Shown in pieces: positions 1-8,466 of a stretch of DNA of 24,000 nt. The stretch covers positions 38,772-62,771 of the forward strand of contig JAOULO010000010.1 in assembly GCA_029881995.1 (NCBI GenBank), read 5' to 3'. The stretch is from Gammaproteobacteria bacterium. Its GTDB lineage: Bacteria > Pseudomonadota > Gammaproteobacteria > UBA6429 > Thiohalophilaceae. How positions within the stretch are numbered: the stretch's first letter is position 1; each line of letters opens with the position of its first letter. The translations under genes were made by a program, and so were the position numbers. The notes beneath the pieces were generated by a model. That model was not told where the DNA came from and searched no databases. It was given only the letters and a program-made list of their open reading frames with translations.

Positions 1-108
1 CGCCTTGGCCTGGAAAGTGTGCCACTACTCAAACGTATGCTACCGATTCAGGGCAAAGATCCTATTGTCCTGTCCAGTAAAGTCAAAAAGCAAGCTCCTG
101 ACGTCTGA
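1..108 (+). CDS. 3' end of an unidentified CDS (start lies upstream of the window)
   Basis: Frame 1 is open from the window edge to TGA at 106-108 (RLGLESVPLLKRMLPIQGKDPIVLSSKVKKQAPDV*). Only 35 codons, so no family can be assigned. Confidence 0.35.
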   Translation, partial: RLGLESVPLLKRMLPIQGKDPIVLSSKVKKQAPDV

Positions 109-223
109 TCTCACACATTCTTAAAATAATTATAACTATTTGATTTAGTTATAAATTAATTACTTTAATCCTCGTAAAACCAGCCGATAGCAAAGTAGGA
201 TCTTTTAATTATTGGAACAAGTC

Positions 224-385
224 ATGTCATACCTGCTCTTTGCCTTAATCGGAACTATTGTATTTGCCACGCTGTTTCATGTTCGAAAACAATTTCTGCA
301 AACCGCTCATATTCGCCAAAGTCTGAACCAAGCCCGTGCCAGTCAGACACTTACCGGTATGCATAAGCTAAGAAAGGATACGTAA
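224..385 (+). CDS. possible 53-aa small membrane protein (below ORF-track cutoff)
   Basis: ATG 224 to TAA 383-385: MSYLLFALIGTIVFATLFHVRKQFLQTAHIRQSLNQARASQTLTGMHKLRKDT. One hydrophobic N-terminal helix followed by a basic tail. No convincing Shine-Dalgarno, so tentative. Confidence 0.25.
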   Translation: MSYLLFALIGTIVFATLFHVRKQFLQTAHIRQSLNQARASQTLTGMHKLRKDT

Positions 386-398
386 GAATAAATAGAAA

Positions 399-420
399 GC
401 CGGGTAAATTATTACCCGGC
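399..420 (-). terminator. Rho-independent terminator candidate downstream of rsd
   Basis: GCCGGGTAA-atta-TTACCCGGC forms a 9-bp GC-rich stem. Read on the minus strand it lies about 35 nt after the rsd stop and is followed by TTTCTATTTATT. There is no T-tract on the plus strand. Confidence 0.5.
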
Positions 421-455
421 CTGGTGACATCAACAAAATTGATTAACAGCGAAGA

Positions 456-914
456 CTAGGCTCGTTGTCCGCTGTAACTTGAAATGATTTGATCTTCCAG
501 GGTAATCCTATCCGCCAGTACTTCACCCAGCTTTGATAAGTCCTGTTCCAGGTTGGCCAGGTTGTCACAGTGATCTTCACAGTCATACTTCTCATTGAAA
601 TCGAGAATAAAACGGGTCGAGGCCGAAATTTCCGGATAAATCTTTTCTGCCACCTTACGCACCTCGGTACGTCGCTCGGCATCTTCCTCAATAAACCGGT
701 AGAGCTGGAAATGAGCACTTGCCGTGTAGTCGACCAGGGCCTCACAGAACTCCTGAATCGTCCTTTGCATCTCCTTATCCGGATTAAACGGCCGCATTCC
801 AGCCAGCTGGCTGAACAGCGTCAGGGTCGCGTTACGGGTTTCTAGTAAGGTATGCAGCTTTTCAAATGAACCAGTACGTCTTTCGACTGGAGCAGATTGT
901 GTTGACGTCATCAT
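456..914 (-). CDS. rsd: Rsd/AlgQ family anti-sigma-70 regulator (regulator of sigma D)
   Basis: Hand alignment to E. coli Rsd: FCEALVDYTASAHF vs FCQSLVDYLSAGHF, and a C-terminal TLEDQII vs VLEDKLI. The track start at 926 is TTG. An ATG-ATG pair at 914/911 sits just behind a GAAGGGGA Shine-Dalgarno, so I moved the start. Confidence 0.85.
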   Translation of the reverse strand: MMTSTQSAPVERRTGSFEKLHTLLETRNATLTLFSQLAGMRPFNPDKEMQRTIQEFCEALVDYTASAHFQLYRFIEEDAERRTEVRKVAEKIYPEISASTRFILDFNEKYDCEDHCDNLANLEQDLSKLGEVLADRITLEDQIISSYSGQRA

Positions 915-985
915 TGTCCCCTTCAATTTTTTACTATTAGTCGGTTTGGAACACCCTAACTATGCACTTAGTATGCCATGGTCTG

Positions 986-1846
986 TCAAGACTCTTTTTC
1001 TCGACTGACTGGACGGTTTGGGTCCGTTATCCACTCACTCCATGATCCTGGATAGAGCAGGCTTCCCTTCAAGCCTATGATTTCCATGGCTAAAATATTA
1101 TGACAAGCTGTGACGCCTGAGCCACAACTGTGAATAATCTTTTTTCCTGTGAAATTCGTTACATTTTGTGAAATCTGAGCTTGCAATTTATCTGGTGTCA
1201 AAAATTTTCCCTGCGCGTCAAGATTATTTTCAAATGGACTATTGATTGAACCGGGAATATGACCCGCCACTTTATCCAGTGGCTCCACTTCTCCGAGGTA
1301 ACGAGCTTCGTCACGGGCATCCACCACGATAGCAGTCCCTTTTTCCATGGCCTCTTTTACTATCTCGCTTGAAACCCATAGTGCATCGTTAGCACTGGCC
1401 TGAAAGTCTGAAGGTAGTATGGTAGGAACATCCGAACTCACAGGCAATCCTGCCTCCTGCCAGGCGGCAAACCCTCCATTCAAAACTGCCACCTTGTCAT
1501 GCCTCAACCAACGACTGAGCCACCAGAGGCGACTGGCAAGGGCGCCAGCCTGACCATCATAGACAACCAACTGAGTATCACGAGTGATTCCCCACTGGGA
1601 AAATCGCCCTGCCAGCACACTGACATCAGGTAAGGGGTGGCGACCAGTAGTATTAGAATGGGGACCTGAAAGATCTTCTTCCAGATGGGCATAAAGGGCA
1701 TTGGGGATATGTGCTTCGTGATACCACTGTCTACCTGCCTCAGTTTTCATCAAATCAAATCGACAGTCCATAATCCGCCAGTCGGGGGCATCGACATGCC
1801 TGGCCAAATCACTGGCCTCAATGATAGTGGTATAAGCCTTGTTCAA
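986..1846 (-). CDS. sseA: 3-mercaptopyruvate/thiosulfate sulfurtransferase (tandem rhodanese domains)
   Basis: 286 aa with two rhodanese-like halves. The active-site loop CGSGVTACH is typical of mercaptopyruvate sulfurtransferases. The N-terminus parallels E. coli SseA. The start codon is TTG, preceded by GGTGA 6 nt upstream, and no in-frame ATG is available nearby. Confidence 0.85.
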   Translation of the reverse strand: MNKAYTTIIEASDLARHVDAPDWRIMDCRFDLMKTEAGRQWYHEAHIPNALYAHLEEDLSGPHSNTTGRHPLPDVSVLAGRFSQWGITRDTQLVVYDGQAGALASRLWWLSRWLRHDKVAVLNGGFAAWQEAGLPVSSDVPTILPSDFQASANDALWVSSEIVKEAMEKGTAIVVDARDEARYLGEVEPLDKVAGHIPGSINSPFENNLDAQGKFLTPDKLQAQISQNVTNFTGKKIIHSCGSGVTACHNILAMEIIGLKGSLLYPGSWSEWITDPNRPVSREKES

Positions 1847-1923
1847 GGATTGTCACCGTTCTTGTTTTACCCCCCGGCCAGAAAAGTATGGCAGATAAAA
1901 CTCTAAAGTGAATCATCTGGCTA

Positions 1924-1952
1924 TTGGGTATACAGATCGCATCGACTACAAT
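1924..1952 (+). promoter_or_regulatory. candidate sigma-70 promoter for yegQ
   Basis: TTGGGT (1924-1929), a 17-nt spacer, then TACAAT (1947-1952), about 30 nt upstream of ATG 1983. Motif match only. Confidence 0.3.
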
Positions 1953-1982
1953 ATTAGTCCCTGCTAAATTGACCCTACTATT

Positions 1983-3335
1983 ATGGCTGCTCCTGAACTG
2001 CTCCTTCCCGCCGGTACGCTGAAAAATATGCACTATGCCTTTGCCTATGGTGCCGATGCGGTATATGCCGGCCAACCCAGGTATAGCCTGCGGGTGCGTA
2101 ATAATGATTTTATGCTGGAGAATCTGGCCACCGGTATTGCCGAGGCCCATCGCCTGGGGAAAAAGTTTTTTGTTGCCAGCAACATCCTGCCCCATAACGC
2201 CAAACTCAAAACCTATCTGGCCGATATGCAACCGGTCATCGACCTGAAACCGGATGCCCTGATCATGGCCGACCCCGGCCTCATTATGATGGTGAAGGAA
2301 AAATGGCCTGACATACCCATCCATCTTTCGGTACAGGCCAATACGGTTAATTATGCCGGTGTCAAATTCTGGCAATCCATTGGGTTGGAGCGGGTCATCC
2401 TCTCACGGGAACTGTCCCTGGATGAAATCACCGAAATTCGCCAGCAGTGTCCGGACATGGAGCTGGAGGTCTTTGTCCATGGTGCCCTGTGTATCGCCTA
2501 TTCTGGCCGCTGTTTATTATCCGGTTATTTCAATCACCGCGACCCCAACCAGGGAACCTGCACCAATGCCTGCCGTTGGGAATACAAGCTGCACCAGGCC
2601 GACGAAACGGAAAGTGGTGACATCCATAAGATAGAGTTTGATGCCATGGCGGCCCTGAAAAACCCACCACCCTTTGCTGAAGCCGATGAGCGTCGCCACC
2701 CCCTGGCCGATGAGGTTTATCTCATCGAAGAGCAAGGTCGGAATGGGGAATACATGCCTATTTTGGAAGATGAGCATGGCACCTACATCATGAACTCTCG
2801 GGATCTACGGGCCATCCAGCATGTTGAGCAGTTAGCGAAAATTGGTATCGACTCCCTGAAGATCGAAGGTCGAACCAAATCCCATTATTACGTAGCCCGT
2901 ACCGCCCAGCTTTATCGGCAGGCCATCGATGATGCCGTGGCCGGTCGACCCTTCAACCCCGAGCTCTATGGCAAGCTGGAAGGACTGGCCAACCGAGGCT
3001 ATACCGAAGGCTTTTACCAGCGCCACCCGAATCAGGACTATCAAAATTACCTGCAGGGTATCTCCCGCAGCCAACACCAGCAATTTGTGGGGGAAATCAT
3101 CAGCTTTGATGATGCCAGTGGTATGGCGGAAGTGCTGGTTAAGAATAAACTCCGTGTTGGTGATCAAGTGGAAGTCATTGCACCAGCCGGTAATCAGCTT
3201 ATCACCGTACAGCATATGGAAAACCTTAAGGGGGAAGACATGCAGGAGGCCCCCGGTGGTGGTTATCAGATTCGTATTCCCCTGCCTGCGGCTCAATATG
3301 AGAAAGGCTTACTGGCCAAATACCTGCAAAATTGA
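1983..3335 (+). CDS. yegQ: U32-family peptidase-like protein YegQ/TrhP (tRNA 5-hydroxyuridine formation)
   Basis: 450 aa, near-colinear with E. coli YegQ as I recall it (PELL.PAGTLKNM.YAFAYGADAVYAGQPRYSLRVRNN; ALC.AYSGRCLLSGY.N.RDPNQGTCTNACRWEY; EDEHGTYIMNS.DLRAI.HVE.L; SLKIEGRTKS.YY.ARTAQ.YR.AIDDA). Confidence 0.88.
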   Translation: MAAPELLLPAGTLKNMHYAFAYGADAVYAGQPRYSLRVRNNDFMLENLATGIAEAHRLGKKFFVASNILPHNAKLKTYLADMQPVIDLKPDALIMADPGLIMMVKEKWPDIPIHLSVQANTVNYAGVKFWQSIGLERVILSRELSLDEITEIRQQCPDMELEVFVHGALCIAYSGRCLLSGYFNHRDPNQGTCTNACRWEYKLHQADETESGDIHKIEFDAMAALKNPPPFAEADERRHPLADEVYLIEEQGRNGEYMPILEDEHGTYIMNSRDLRAIQHVEQLAKIGIDSLKIEGRTKSHYYVARTAQLYRQAIDDAVAGRPFNPELYGKLEGLANRGYTEGFYQRHPNQDYQNYLQGISRSQHQQFVGEIISFDDASGMAEVLVKNKLRVGDQVEVIAPAGNQLITVQHMENLKGEDMQEAPGGGYQIRIPLPAAQYEKGLLAKYLQN

Positions 3336-3416
3336 GCCTGCTACCATGAACTAAAGTTTTCCATCCACCTGCCGGTAAATAGATAAATAGTGGGTTAGCG
3401 ACAATAATAATAGTTC

Positions 3417-4868
3417 ATGTCCATTGACTTCTTATCAAGCAAAGAACTCTTTCTGACCATCGATCAAGGTGGCCATGCCACTCGTGCCATTGCCTTTAAT
3501 GGCCAGGGCGTCATGATCGCTGAAACCCATCAGGACATTCAGGTCCAGCATCCGCGGGAAGATTATGTTGAGCATGATGCCCAAGAACTGGTTAACTCAG
3601 TACAAACCGTACTTAATAAAATGGTCGAGACACTCGGGGATCGAGTCAGTGATGTCATTGCGGCAGGCATGGCAACACAACGCTCGAACATCGTTTGCTG
3701 GGATAAACGTAGCGGTAAAGCATTAACACCCATCATTAGCTGGCAGGATCGACGCAACCACCAATGGCTAAAACAGTTCAAACCCCGTGCCGAAGAAATT
3801 CATAAAACCACCGGACTGTTTTTGTCACCCCATTACGGGGCCAGTAAACTGCGCTGGTGTCTGGAAAACTATCCTGAACTACAAGACGCTCTTGATTCTG
3901 GCGATCTTTGTATGGGCCCCATGGCCAGTTACTTTGTCTTCAGTATCACCAAAGAACATAATTTCCTGACCGATGTGGTGAATGCCTCACGCACCCAGTT
4001 ATGGAGCCTGCATACCAGTGACTGGGATCCTGCATTACTTAAGTTGTTTGATATTCCTCTACAGGCCTTACCGCTTTGTAAACCCAGCGCTTCATGTTTC
4101 GGCCATATACAGCTGGCAGATAAAGATATCCCGCTTAATCTCGTAACCGGAGATCAATCGGCGGCCATGTTTGCCTATGGTCACATTCAACCAGATACCG
4201 CCTATATTAATACCGGCACTGGAGCCTTTGTCTCTCGCCCTTCCGGCCCATTAAAAATCTTTGGCCGCCGTTTACTTACCAGCTTGATCAATCAATCAGA
4301 ACATGAAAGCCAGTATGTCCTGGAAGGTACCGTGAATGGTGCAGGCAGTGCCCTGAGCTGGCTGGCAGAGGAACATAATGTAACTGATATTGAAAACAGG
4401 CTGGCCGACTGGCTGGAACAAGTGACCTCACCCCCTCTGTTTTTTAATGGTATCTCAGGACTGGCGGCCCCATTCTGGATTGCCGACTTCCCCACCCGTT
4501 TTGAAACCGAAAACTGTAGTGACGCTGAAAAGGCCGTTGCAGTAATTGAGAGCGTGGTTTTTTTACTCTGTGCCAATATTGAAGAAATGCAAAAACTTTC
4601 TTCACCACCCGAACAAATCCAGATTACCGGTGGCCTGGCCATTCAGGATGGGTTGTGCCAAAGGCTGGCCGACCTGACCGGTCTTCCCGTCTATCGACCT
4701 GTTGAATGTGAAGCCACTGCCAGGGGAGTTGCCTATTTACTGGTGGAAGAAGTGGATCAATGGCCGGAACAGGAACCTGGTGTCTGGTTTGAACCTGCTA
4801 ACAACCCTGGACTGGAGGAGCGTTATACCCGCTGGACCCAGACCATGTTGGCGATCATGAGAAATTAA
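3417..4868 (+). CDS. FGGY-family carbohydrate kinase, glycerol-kinase-like
   Basis: 483 aa. Aligns by eye with GlpK (IDQGGHATRA vs LDQGTTSSRA; VEHD; TDVVNASRT vs TDYTNASRT; GDQSAAMFA vs GDQQAALFG; NTGTGAF vs TYGTGCF). Shorter than and diverged from E. coli GlpK, so substrate is uncertain. Confidence 0.7.
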   Translation: MSIDFLSSKELFLTIDQGGHATRAIAFNGQGVMIAETHQDIQVQHPREDYVEHDAQELVNSVQTVLNKMVETLGDRVSDVIAAGMATQRSNIVCWDKRSGKALTPIISWQDRRNHQWLKQFKPRAEEIHKTTGLFLSPHYGASKLRWCLENYPELQDALDSGDLCMGPMASYFVFSITKEHNFLTDVVNASRTQLWSLHTSDWDPALLKLFDIPLQALPLCKPSASCFGHIQLADKDIPLNLVTGDQSAAMFAYGHIQPDTAYINTGTGAFVSRPSGPLKIFGRRLLTSLINQSEHESQYVLEGTVNGAGSALSWLAEEHNVTDIENRLADWLEQVTSPPLFFNGISGLAAPFWIADFPTRFETENCSDAEKAVAVIESVVFLLCANIEEMQKLSSPPEQIQITGGLAIQDGLCQRLADLTGLPVYRPVECEATARGVAYLLVEEVDQWPEQEPGVWFEPANNPGLEERYTRWTQTMLAIMRN

Positions 4869-6038
4869 TCAGTTAAACGAAGACGATACTGGGTTTAACA
4901 TCAATTTTGCCGTATCAGCAATCGGCTTCCTTGCTGGCAAAATAGGCCTGAGTTGTTTGAGCACCTGCAGTGCCGTTGCACGATAGCCCGTTAACTTACC
5001 ACCATATAACGTTAACAATGACTCAAGGCTGGCGTGTTGATACAAGATAGTGTCTCTGGGACGATGAAAATAATGATGATTTGTTCTCGGTAAAACCCGC
5101 AGGCCCGAGAAACTGCCAGTCATCTCATCCTGCCCATCAAAATAATGTCCATAGACCTCTAATAAATATTCAATTTCATCATCGAGTGGTTTGGAATTTG
5201 CGGGATCGCCCAAAAATGGGGTCTCAGTCGTTCCCACCATGGTCCCACCCTGCCATGGCATAACAAAGACCGCACGCCTGTCCTGTGGTGCCTCAACGTA
5301 ATAGATTCCATTCGGTGCCGGTTGTGACAACACAATATGTGTTCCCTGCACCAGATCCATTTCCAGTTTGGGTACCTCTGGTGACACACTGTCCAGCACC
5401 CGATTGACCCATGGTCCGGCGGCATTCACTACAACTTTACACTGACATTCTTTTTCCTGATCCTGTTGTTGATAAGCAATGGCAAATTGATGCTGCTGAT
5501 GTGTTATCTGAATAACCCTGGCAGGACATACCAGTTCTGCGCCAAGCTCCATAGCTGACTGCATGACGGACCGTGTCAGCGCTTTATCATCGGTCTGTGC
5601 ATCAAAGTATCGATAGACGGCCTGTAGTGATGTCGTATTCTTTAATTCAAGTCCAGATACAGTATCACGATCGAGTTTTGTAAAACGGGCATCATGGGTG
5701 AAGTTACCCAGCATGGCATATAGAGACAGACCGGCTCTGATCTGCCAGGATCGACGCGAGGTTTCAGGATAAACAGGTATATAAAAGGGAACCAGTTTGA
5801 CCAACTCAGGTGCCAGCTTGAGTAACAGGGCCCGCTCCAGCAGAGCCTTTCTCACCAGACTGAACTGGCCACTTTCAAGATATCGCAAACCACCATGGAT
5901 CAATTTACTGGAACGACTCGATGTCCCTGAGGCCAGCCCATCCTGTTCAAATAGAATAACACTGTAACCGGCAGCCGCAGCTGCCTGCGCCACTCCAACC
6001 CCCTGAATCCCTCCACCAATAACTGCCAGGTCATACAT
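4869..6038 (-). CDS. FAD-dependent oxidoreductase, short glycerol-3-phosphate dehydrogenase/oxidase-like (GlpD-type N-terminus)
   Basis: N-terminal dinucleotide fold YDLAVIGGGIQGVGVA, followed by the GlpD-like signature GTSSRSSKLIHGGLRYLE. 389 aa. An AGGTAA Shine-Dalgarno lies inside the end of the upstream GDPD gene, with a 5-nt gap. Confidence 0.7.
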   Translation of the reverse strand: MYDLAVIGGGIQGVGVAQAAAAAGYSVILFEQDGLASGTSSRSSKLIHGGLRYLESGQFSLVRKALLERALLLKLAPELVKLVPFYIPVYPETSRRSWQIRAGLSLYAMLGNFTHDARFTKLDRDTVSGLELKNTTSLQAVYRYFDAQTDDKALTRSVMQSAMELGAELVCPARVIQITHQQHQFAIAYQQQDQEKECQCKVVVNAAGPWVNRVLDSVSPEVPKLEMDLVQGTHIVLSQPAPNGIYYVEAPQDRRAVFVMPWQGGTMVGTTETPFLGDPANSKPLDDEIEYLLEVYGHYFDGQDEMTGSFSGLRVLPRTNHHYFHRPRDTILYQHASLESLLTLYGGKLTGYRATALQVLKQLRPILPARKPIADTAKLMLNPVSSSFN

Positions 6039-6043
6039 ACAAA

Positions 6044-6790
6044 TTAATTACCTGCAATATCTCGAGTCTGCTCAAGCATTTCTCCAATGGCAAAGGTCTC
6101 AACAAACTCTATTCCTCGTTTATGAAGTGCTACCGCCAGCTTGGGATCGGTACATTCATAAACTGCCAAATGAGTATTATTCAACTTTAAATCACCTTCA
6201 GCAGGCACGGTTTCCAGATCACAAAAAAAGTATTGTGGATTTAGATCAGCAATAGCCTCATTGTTCCTCTCTTCCCAGTCATCATGTACCGCACCTATAG
6301 GCCATTGGTACTGCTCTGAGACATAGGCTAATGCTTCGATACTGTAGGAAATGATGACACACTGATCTTTAACCGGTTCCAGCGTCGATAAAACCTGCTC
6401 AACCATGAATTCAATACCAAACTTTTCCAGGCTGCTTCGTTTTAGTTCGATAAAAACCGTCACCTTAGGATGAGTCTGCATCAACCCGACCAGATCAAGC
6501 AATGTGGTAATTGGGTTATCGGCAAACTTATTACCAAATCGCCCTGAGTCACTGGCACGAAATTCATTTAATTCAGATGCTGTGTAATCATGTAGGCTAC
6601 CTGCTTGATCACAGAGCCGCTGCATGTCCCGATCATGAAATAGAAAGGGAACCTTGTCCTTACTAAGCTGGATATCAACCTCAAGAAAATTTGCTCCTGC
6701 TTCGATGGCTGCCCCCAAACCCACTAGAGTATTCTCAGGGTAATTTAAGGTATAACCACGATGGGCGACCAAGTTAACTGATTTTTCCAT
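6044..6790 (-). CDS. glycerophosphodiester phosphodiesterase (GDPD family, UgpQ-like)
   Basis: 248 aa. GDPD catalytic N-terminus VAHRGYTLNYPENTL...GANFLEVDIQLSKDKVPFLFHD. Confidence 0.8.
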   Translation of the reverse strand: MEKSVNLVAHRGYTLNYPENTLVGLGAAIEAGANFLEVDIQLSKDKVPFLFHDRDMQRLCDQAGSLHDYTASELNEFRASDSGRFGNKFADNPITTLLDLVGLMQTHPKVTVFIELKRSSLEKFGIEFMVEQVLSTLEPVKDQCVIISYSIEALAYVSEQYQWPIGAVHDDWEERNNEAIADLNPQYFFCDLETVPAEGDLKLNNTHLAVYECTDPKLAVALHKRGIEFVETFAIGEMLEQTRDIAGN

Positions 6791-6828
6791 AACTAAATTT
6801 TACAGGTTATTTTTTATTGAAAAAATAA

Positions 6829-6843
6829 TGTGAATAATTCACA
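6829..6843. promoter_or_regulatory. perfect 15-bp palindrome TGTGAATAATTCACA in the GDPD/luxR divergent intergenic region
   Basis: Seen directly: TGTGA-ATAAT-TCACA. The half-sites equal CRP half-sites, but the spacer is 5 nt rather than 6. It lies about 40 bp from the GDPD start and about 120 bp upstream of the luxR TTG start. Confidence 0.3.
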
Positions 6844-6963
6844 AAATTAATGTTAATTTTTCTCTAACATAATTTTACATTTTTTATAGAATTTATGTTA
6901 ATTTTACCCCAGTACAAGGAAGTTTAGACTAATCATTCTAGTACATTAAAAGTGGGTTAATAG

Positions 6964-7710
6964 TTGGAAAACCTCAAACTTTTTGAATTCATAGACCGAC
7001 TAAACACAGCAAATACTTACGACGTGATTCATGGCGTCTGTATGGACTTTTGCGTGCAATATGGTTTTGACAAGTTTATCTATGCTGCCCGCATTCCAAC
7101 CTCTCTCGTCAGTCCTAACTATATATTTATCAACGGCTACCCGCAGGAATGGCGCGATCATTATGTAGAACAGGACTATTTACGAATCGACCCTACAGTT
7201 TCCCACTGTTTTTCAAAAACCACACCAATTTACTGGGAACATATTGTAAATACAGCATGTAAGGAAAATAAAAATGTTGATAAGCTTTTTGCTGAGGCAG
7301 GTAGTCTGGGCCTGCAAAATGGGATCAGTTTTCCAATTCATTGCATCCATGGTGAAAGTGCCATGTTCAGTATGGCGGTCAATCTGAGTACCGACAAATC
7401 CCGGGACATCATTAAAGAAACCGTCGCTCTTGCACATCTGTTTGTTACCTATGTACATGAAGCGGTCGTCCGCGTCCCCGATAATGGGCTGGTCGCCCAG
7501 GTCAATGCACAGCTTACCTCACGCGAGAAAGAGTGCTTACTATGGACAACAGAGGGAAAGACATCCTGGGAGATATCCCAGATATTAAATATTTCTGAAA
7601 GGACTGTAGTTTTTCACATTAATAATGCAGTTAAAAAACTTGATGTTGTCAACAAACAACATGCCGTAGCTCGTGCGATTTCTCTTGGCCATATTAAACC
7701 TGTTATATAA
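6964..7710 (+). CDS. luxR: LuxR-family AHL-responsive transcriptional regulator (autoinducer-binding domain + GerE/LuxR HTH)
   Basis: 248 aa. All six hallmark pocket residues occur at TraR spacing (EW-RDH-Y...RIDP...PIYW...HGES), and the HTH is LTSREKECLLWTTEGKTSWEISQILNISERTVVFHINNAVKKL. The start is TTG. The next in-frame ATG would remove 26 conserved N-terminal residues. Confidence 0.9.
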   Translation: MENLKLFEFIDRLNTANTYDVIHGVCMDFCVQYGFDKFIYAARIPTSLVSPNYIFINGYPQEWRDHYVEQDYLRIDPTVSHCFSKTTPIYWEHIVNTACKENKNVDKLFAEAGSLGLQNGISFPIHCIHGESAMFSMAVNLSTDKSRDIIKETVALAHLFVTYVHEAVVRVPDNGLVAQVNAQLTSREKECLLWTTEGKTSWEISQILNISERTVVFHINNAVKKLDVVNKQHAVARAISLGHIKPVI

Positions 7711-7760
7711 GGGACATTTAGTAAAACAGTTAATACCATGCAGTAAACCTAATGTAATCT

Positions 7761-7780
7761 ACCTGTAATATTTGACAGCT
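7761..7780 (+). promoter_or_regulatory. lux-box-like 20-bp inverted repeat upstream of luxI
   Basis: ACCTGTAATATTTGACAGCT. 7 of 10 positions pair in the dyad, and 14/20 are identical to the V. fischeri lux box ACCTGTAGGATCGTACAGGT as I recall it. Centre is about 72 bp upstream of the luxI ATG. Confidence 0.6.
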
Positions 7781-7842
7781 TACCCAAAGACTTAAATCAA
7801 GATTTACTTCTCCTGACGACAACTTGAATTGGGAGAAATAAT

Positions 7843-8454
7843 ATGACTATCTACTTTGGCAAAGCTGATGAATTTATTTATGACCACCATACACTCTACA
7901 ATATGTTTAGATTCCGCCATCATATATTCCATGATCGACTCAAGTGGGACGTAAATAGTATTGGTGGAATGGAATACGATGAGTTTGATACGTTGAACCC
8001 ATATCATATGATAGCGGTCAACCACGATCAACAGGTAGAGGCATGCTGGCGTCTCTTACCAACGACAGGCCCCTATATGTTACAGAAAACATTTTCACAA
8101 TTGCTTAAGGGTGAAAATGCACCCTCACAAAATGACGTGTGGGAGTTGAGTCGGTTTGCTGTGATCTCCTCTAATCAGAAAAAATCAACCCAGGCGGTAA
8201 TGAGTGAACTTTCATTTCAAATGTTTCAGCAAACGTATGAATTTGCTATTCAAAATAATATAAAATCCTATGTTACCGTTGTTAGTGCCGCCGTTGAAAG
8301 AATGTTTATGCGTGCAGGCTTTCCTATGCGACGGTTTGGTGATGGTGAGTCACAAAAAATTGGCAAAATTACCACAGTTGCATGCTGGATGGATGTAAAT
8401 GAACAATATAAGGATGCAGCATATCAGCTAAGTAATAGTCGTAATGCCGCATAA
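7843..8454 (+). CDS. luxI: acyl-homoserine-lactone synthase (LuxI family)
   Basis: 203 aa. LuxI signature residues are present: FRFRHHIFHDRLKWDV, EYDEFD, CWRLLPTTGPYML, WELSRFAV. A GGGAGA Shine-Dalgarno lies 6 nt upstream of the ATG. Confidence 0.9.
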   Translation: MTIYFGKADEFIYDHHTLYNMFRFRHHIFHDRLKWDVNSIGGMEYDEFDTLNPYHMIAVNHDQQVEACWRLLPTTGPYMLQKTFSQLLKGENAPSQNDVWELSRFAVISSNQKKSTQAVMSELSFQMFQQTYEFAIQNNIKSYVTVVSAAVERMFMRAGFPMRRFGDGESQKIGKITTVACWMDVNEQYKDAAYQLSNSRNAA

Positions 8455-8466
8455 GTCTTTAATGTG

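Noticed and set aside
130-154. AT-rich hairpin TTATAACTA-tttgatt-TAGTTATAA after the first partial CDS as a terminator
   Set aside because: The stem is almost entirely A-T with a single G-C pair and has no clear T-tract, so it is too weak to call.
443-845. Track ORFs 443-745 (-) and 570-845 (+) overlapping the rsd gene
   Set aside because: These are shadow frames of a gene with a clear homolog (Rsd). Their translations are Arg/Ser/Trp-rich with no motif and no ribosome-binding site.
1818-3354. Track ORFs 1818-2375 (-), 2035-2247, 2353-2634, 2517-2777 (-), 2832-3296 (-) and 2929-3354 overlapping yegQ
   Set aside because: All lie inside or antisense to a strongly supported 450-aa CDS and are typical alternative-frame artefacts. 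The same reasoning applies to 3563-3781, 3787-3969, 4292-4642, 5081-5263, 5159-5425, 7213-7458, 7804-8031, 9225-9584, 11269-11475, 11863-12096, 12206-12487, 12531-12851, 12870-13217, 15108-15810 (several), 16055-16347, 17121-17309, 18927-19199, 20783-21389, 21757-22152 and 23464-23649.
6829-6843. Calling the TGTGAATAATTCACA palindrome a bona fide CRP site
   Set aside because: Canonical CRP sites have a 6-nt spacer between TGTGA and TCACA, and this one has 5. I kept it only as an unassigned regulatory palindrome.
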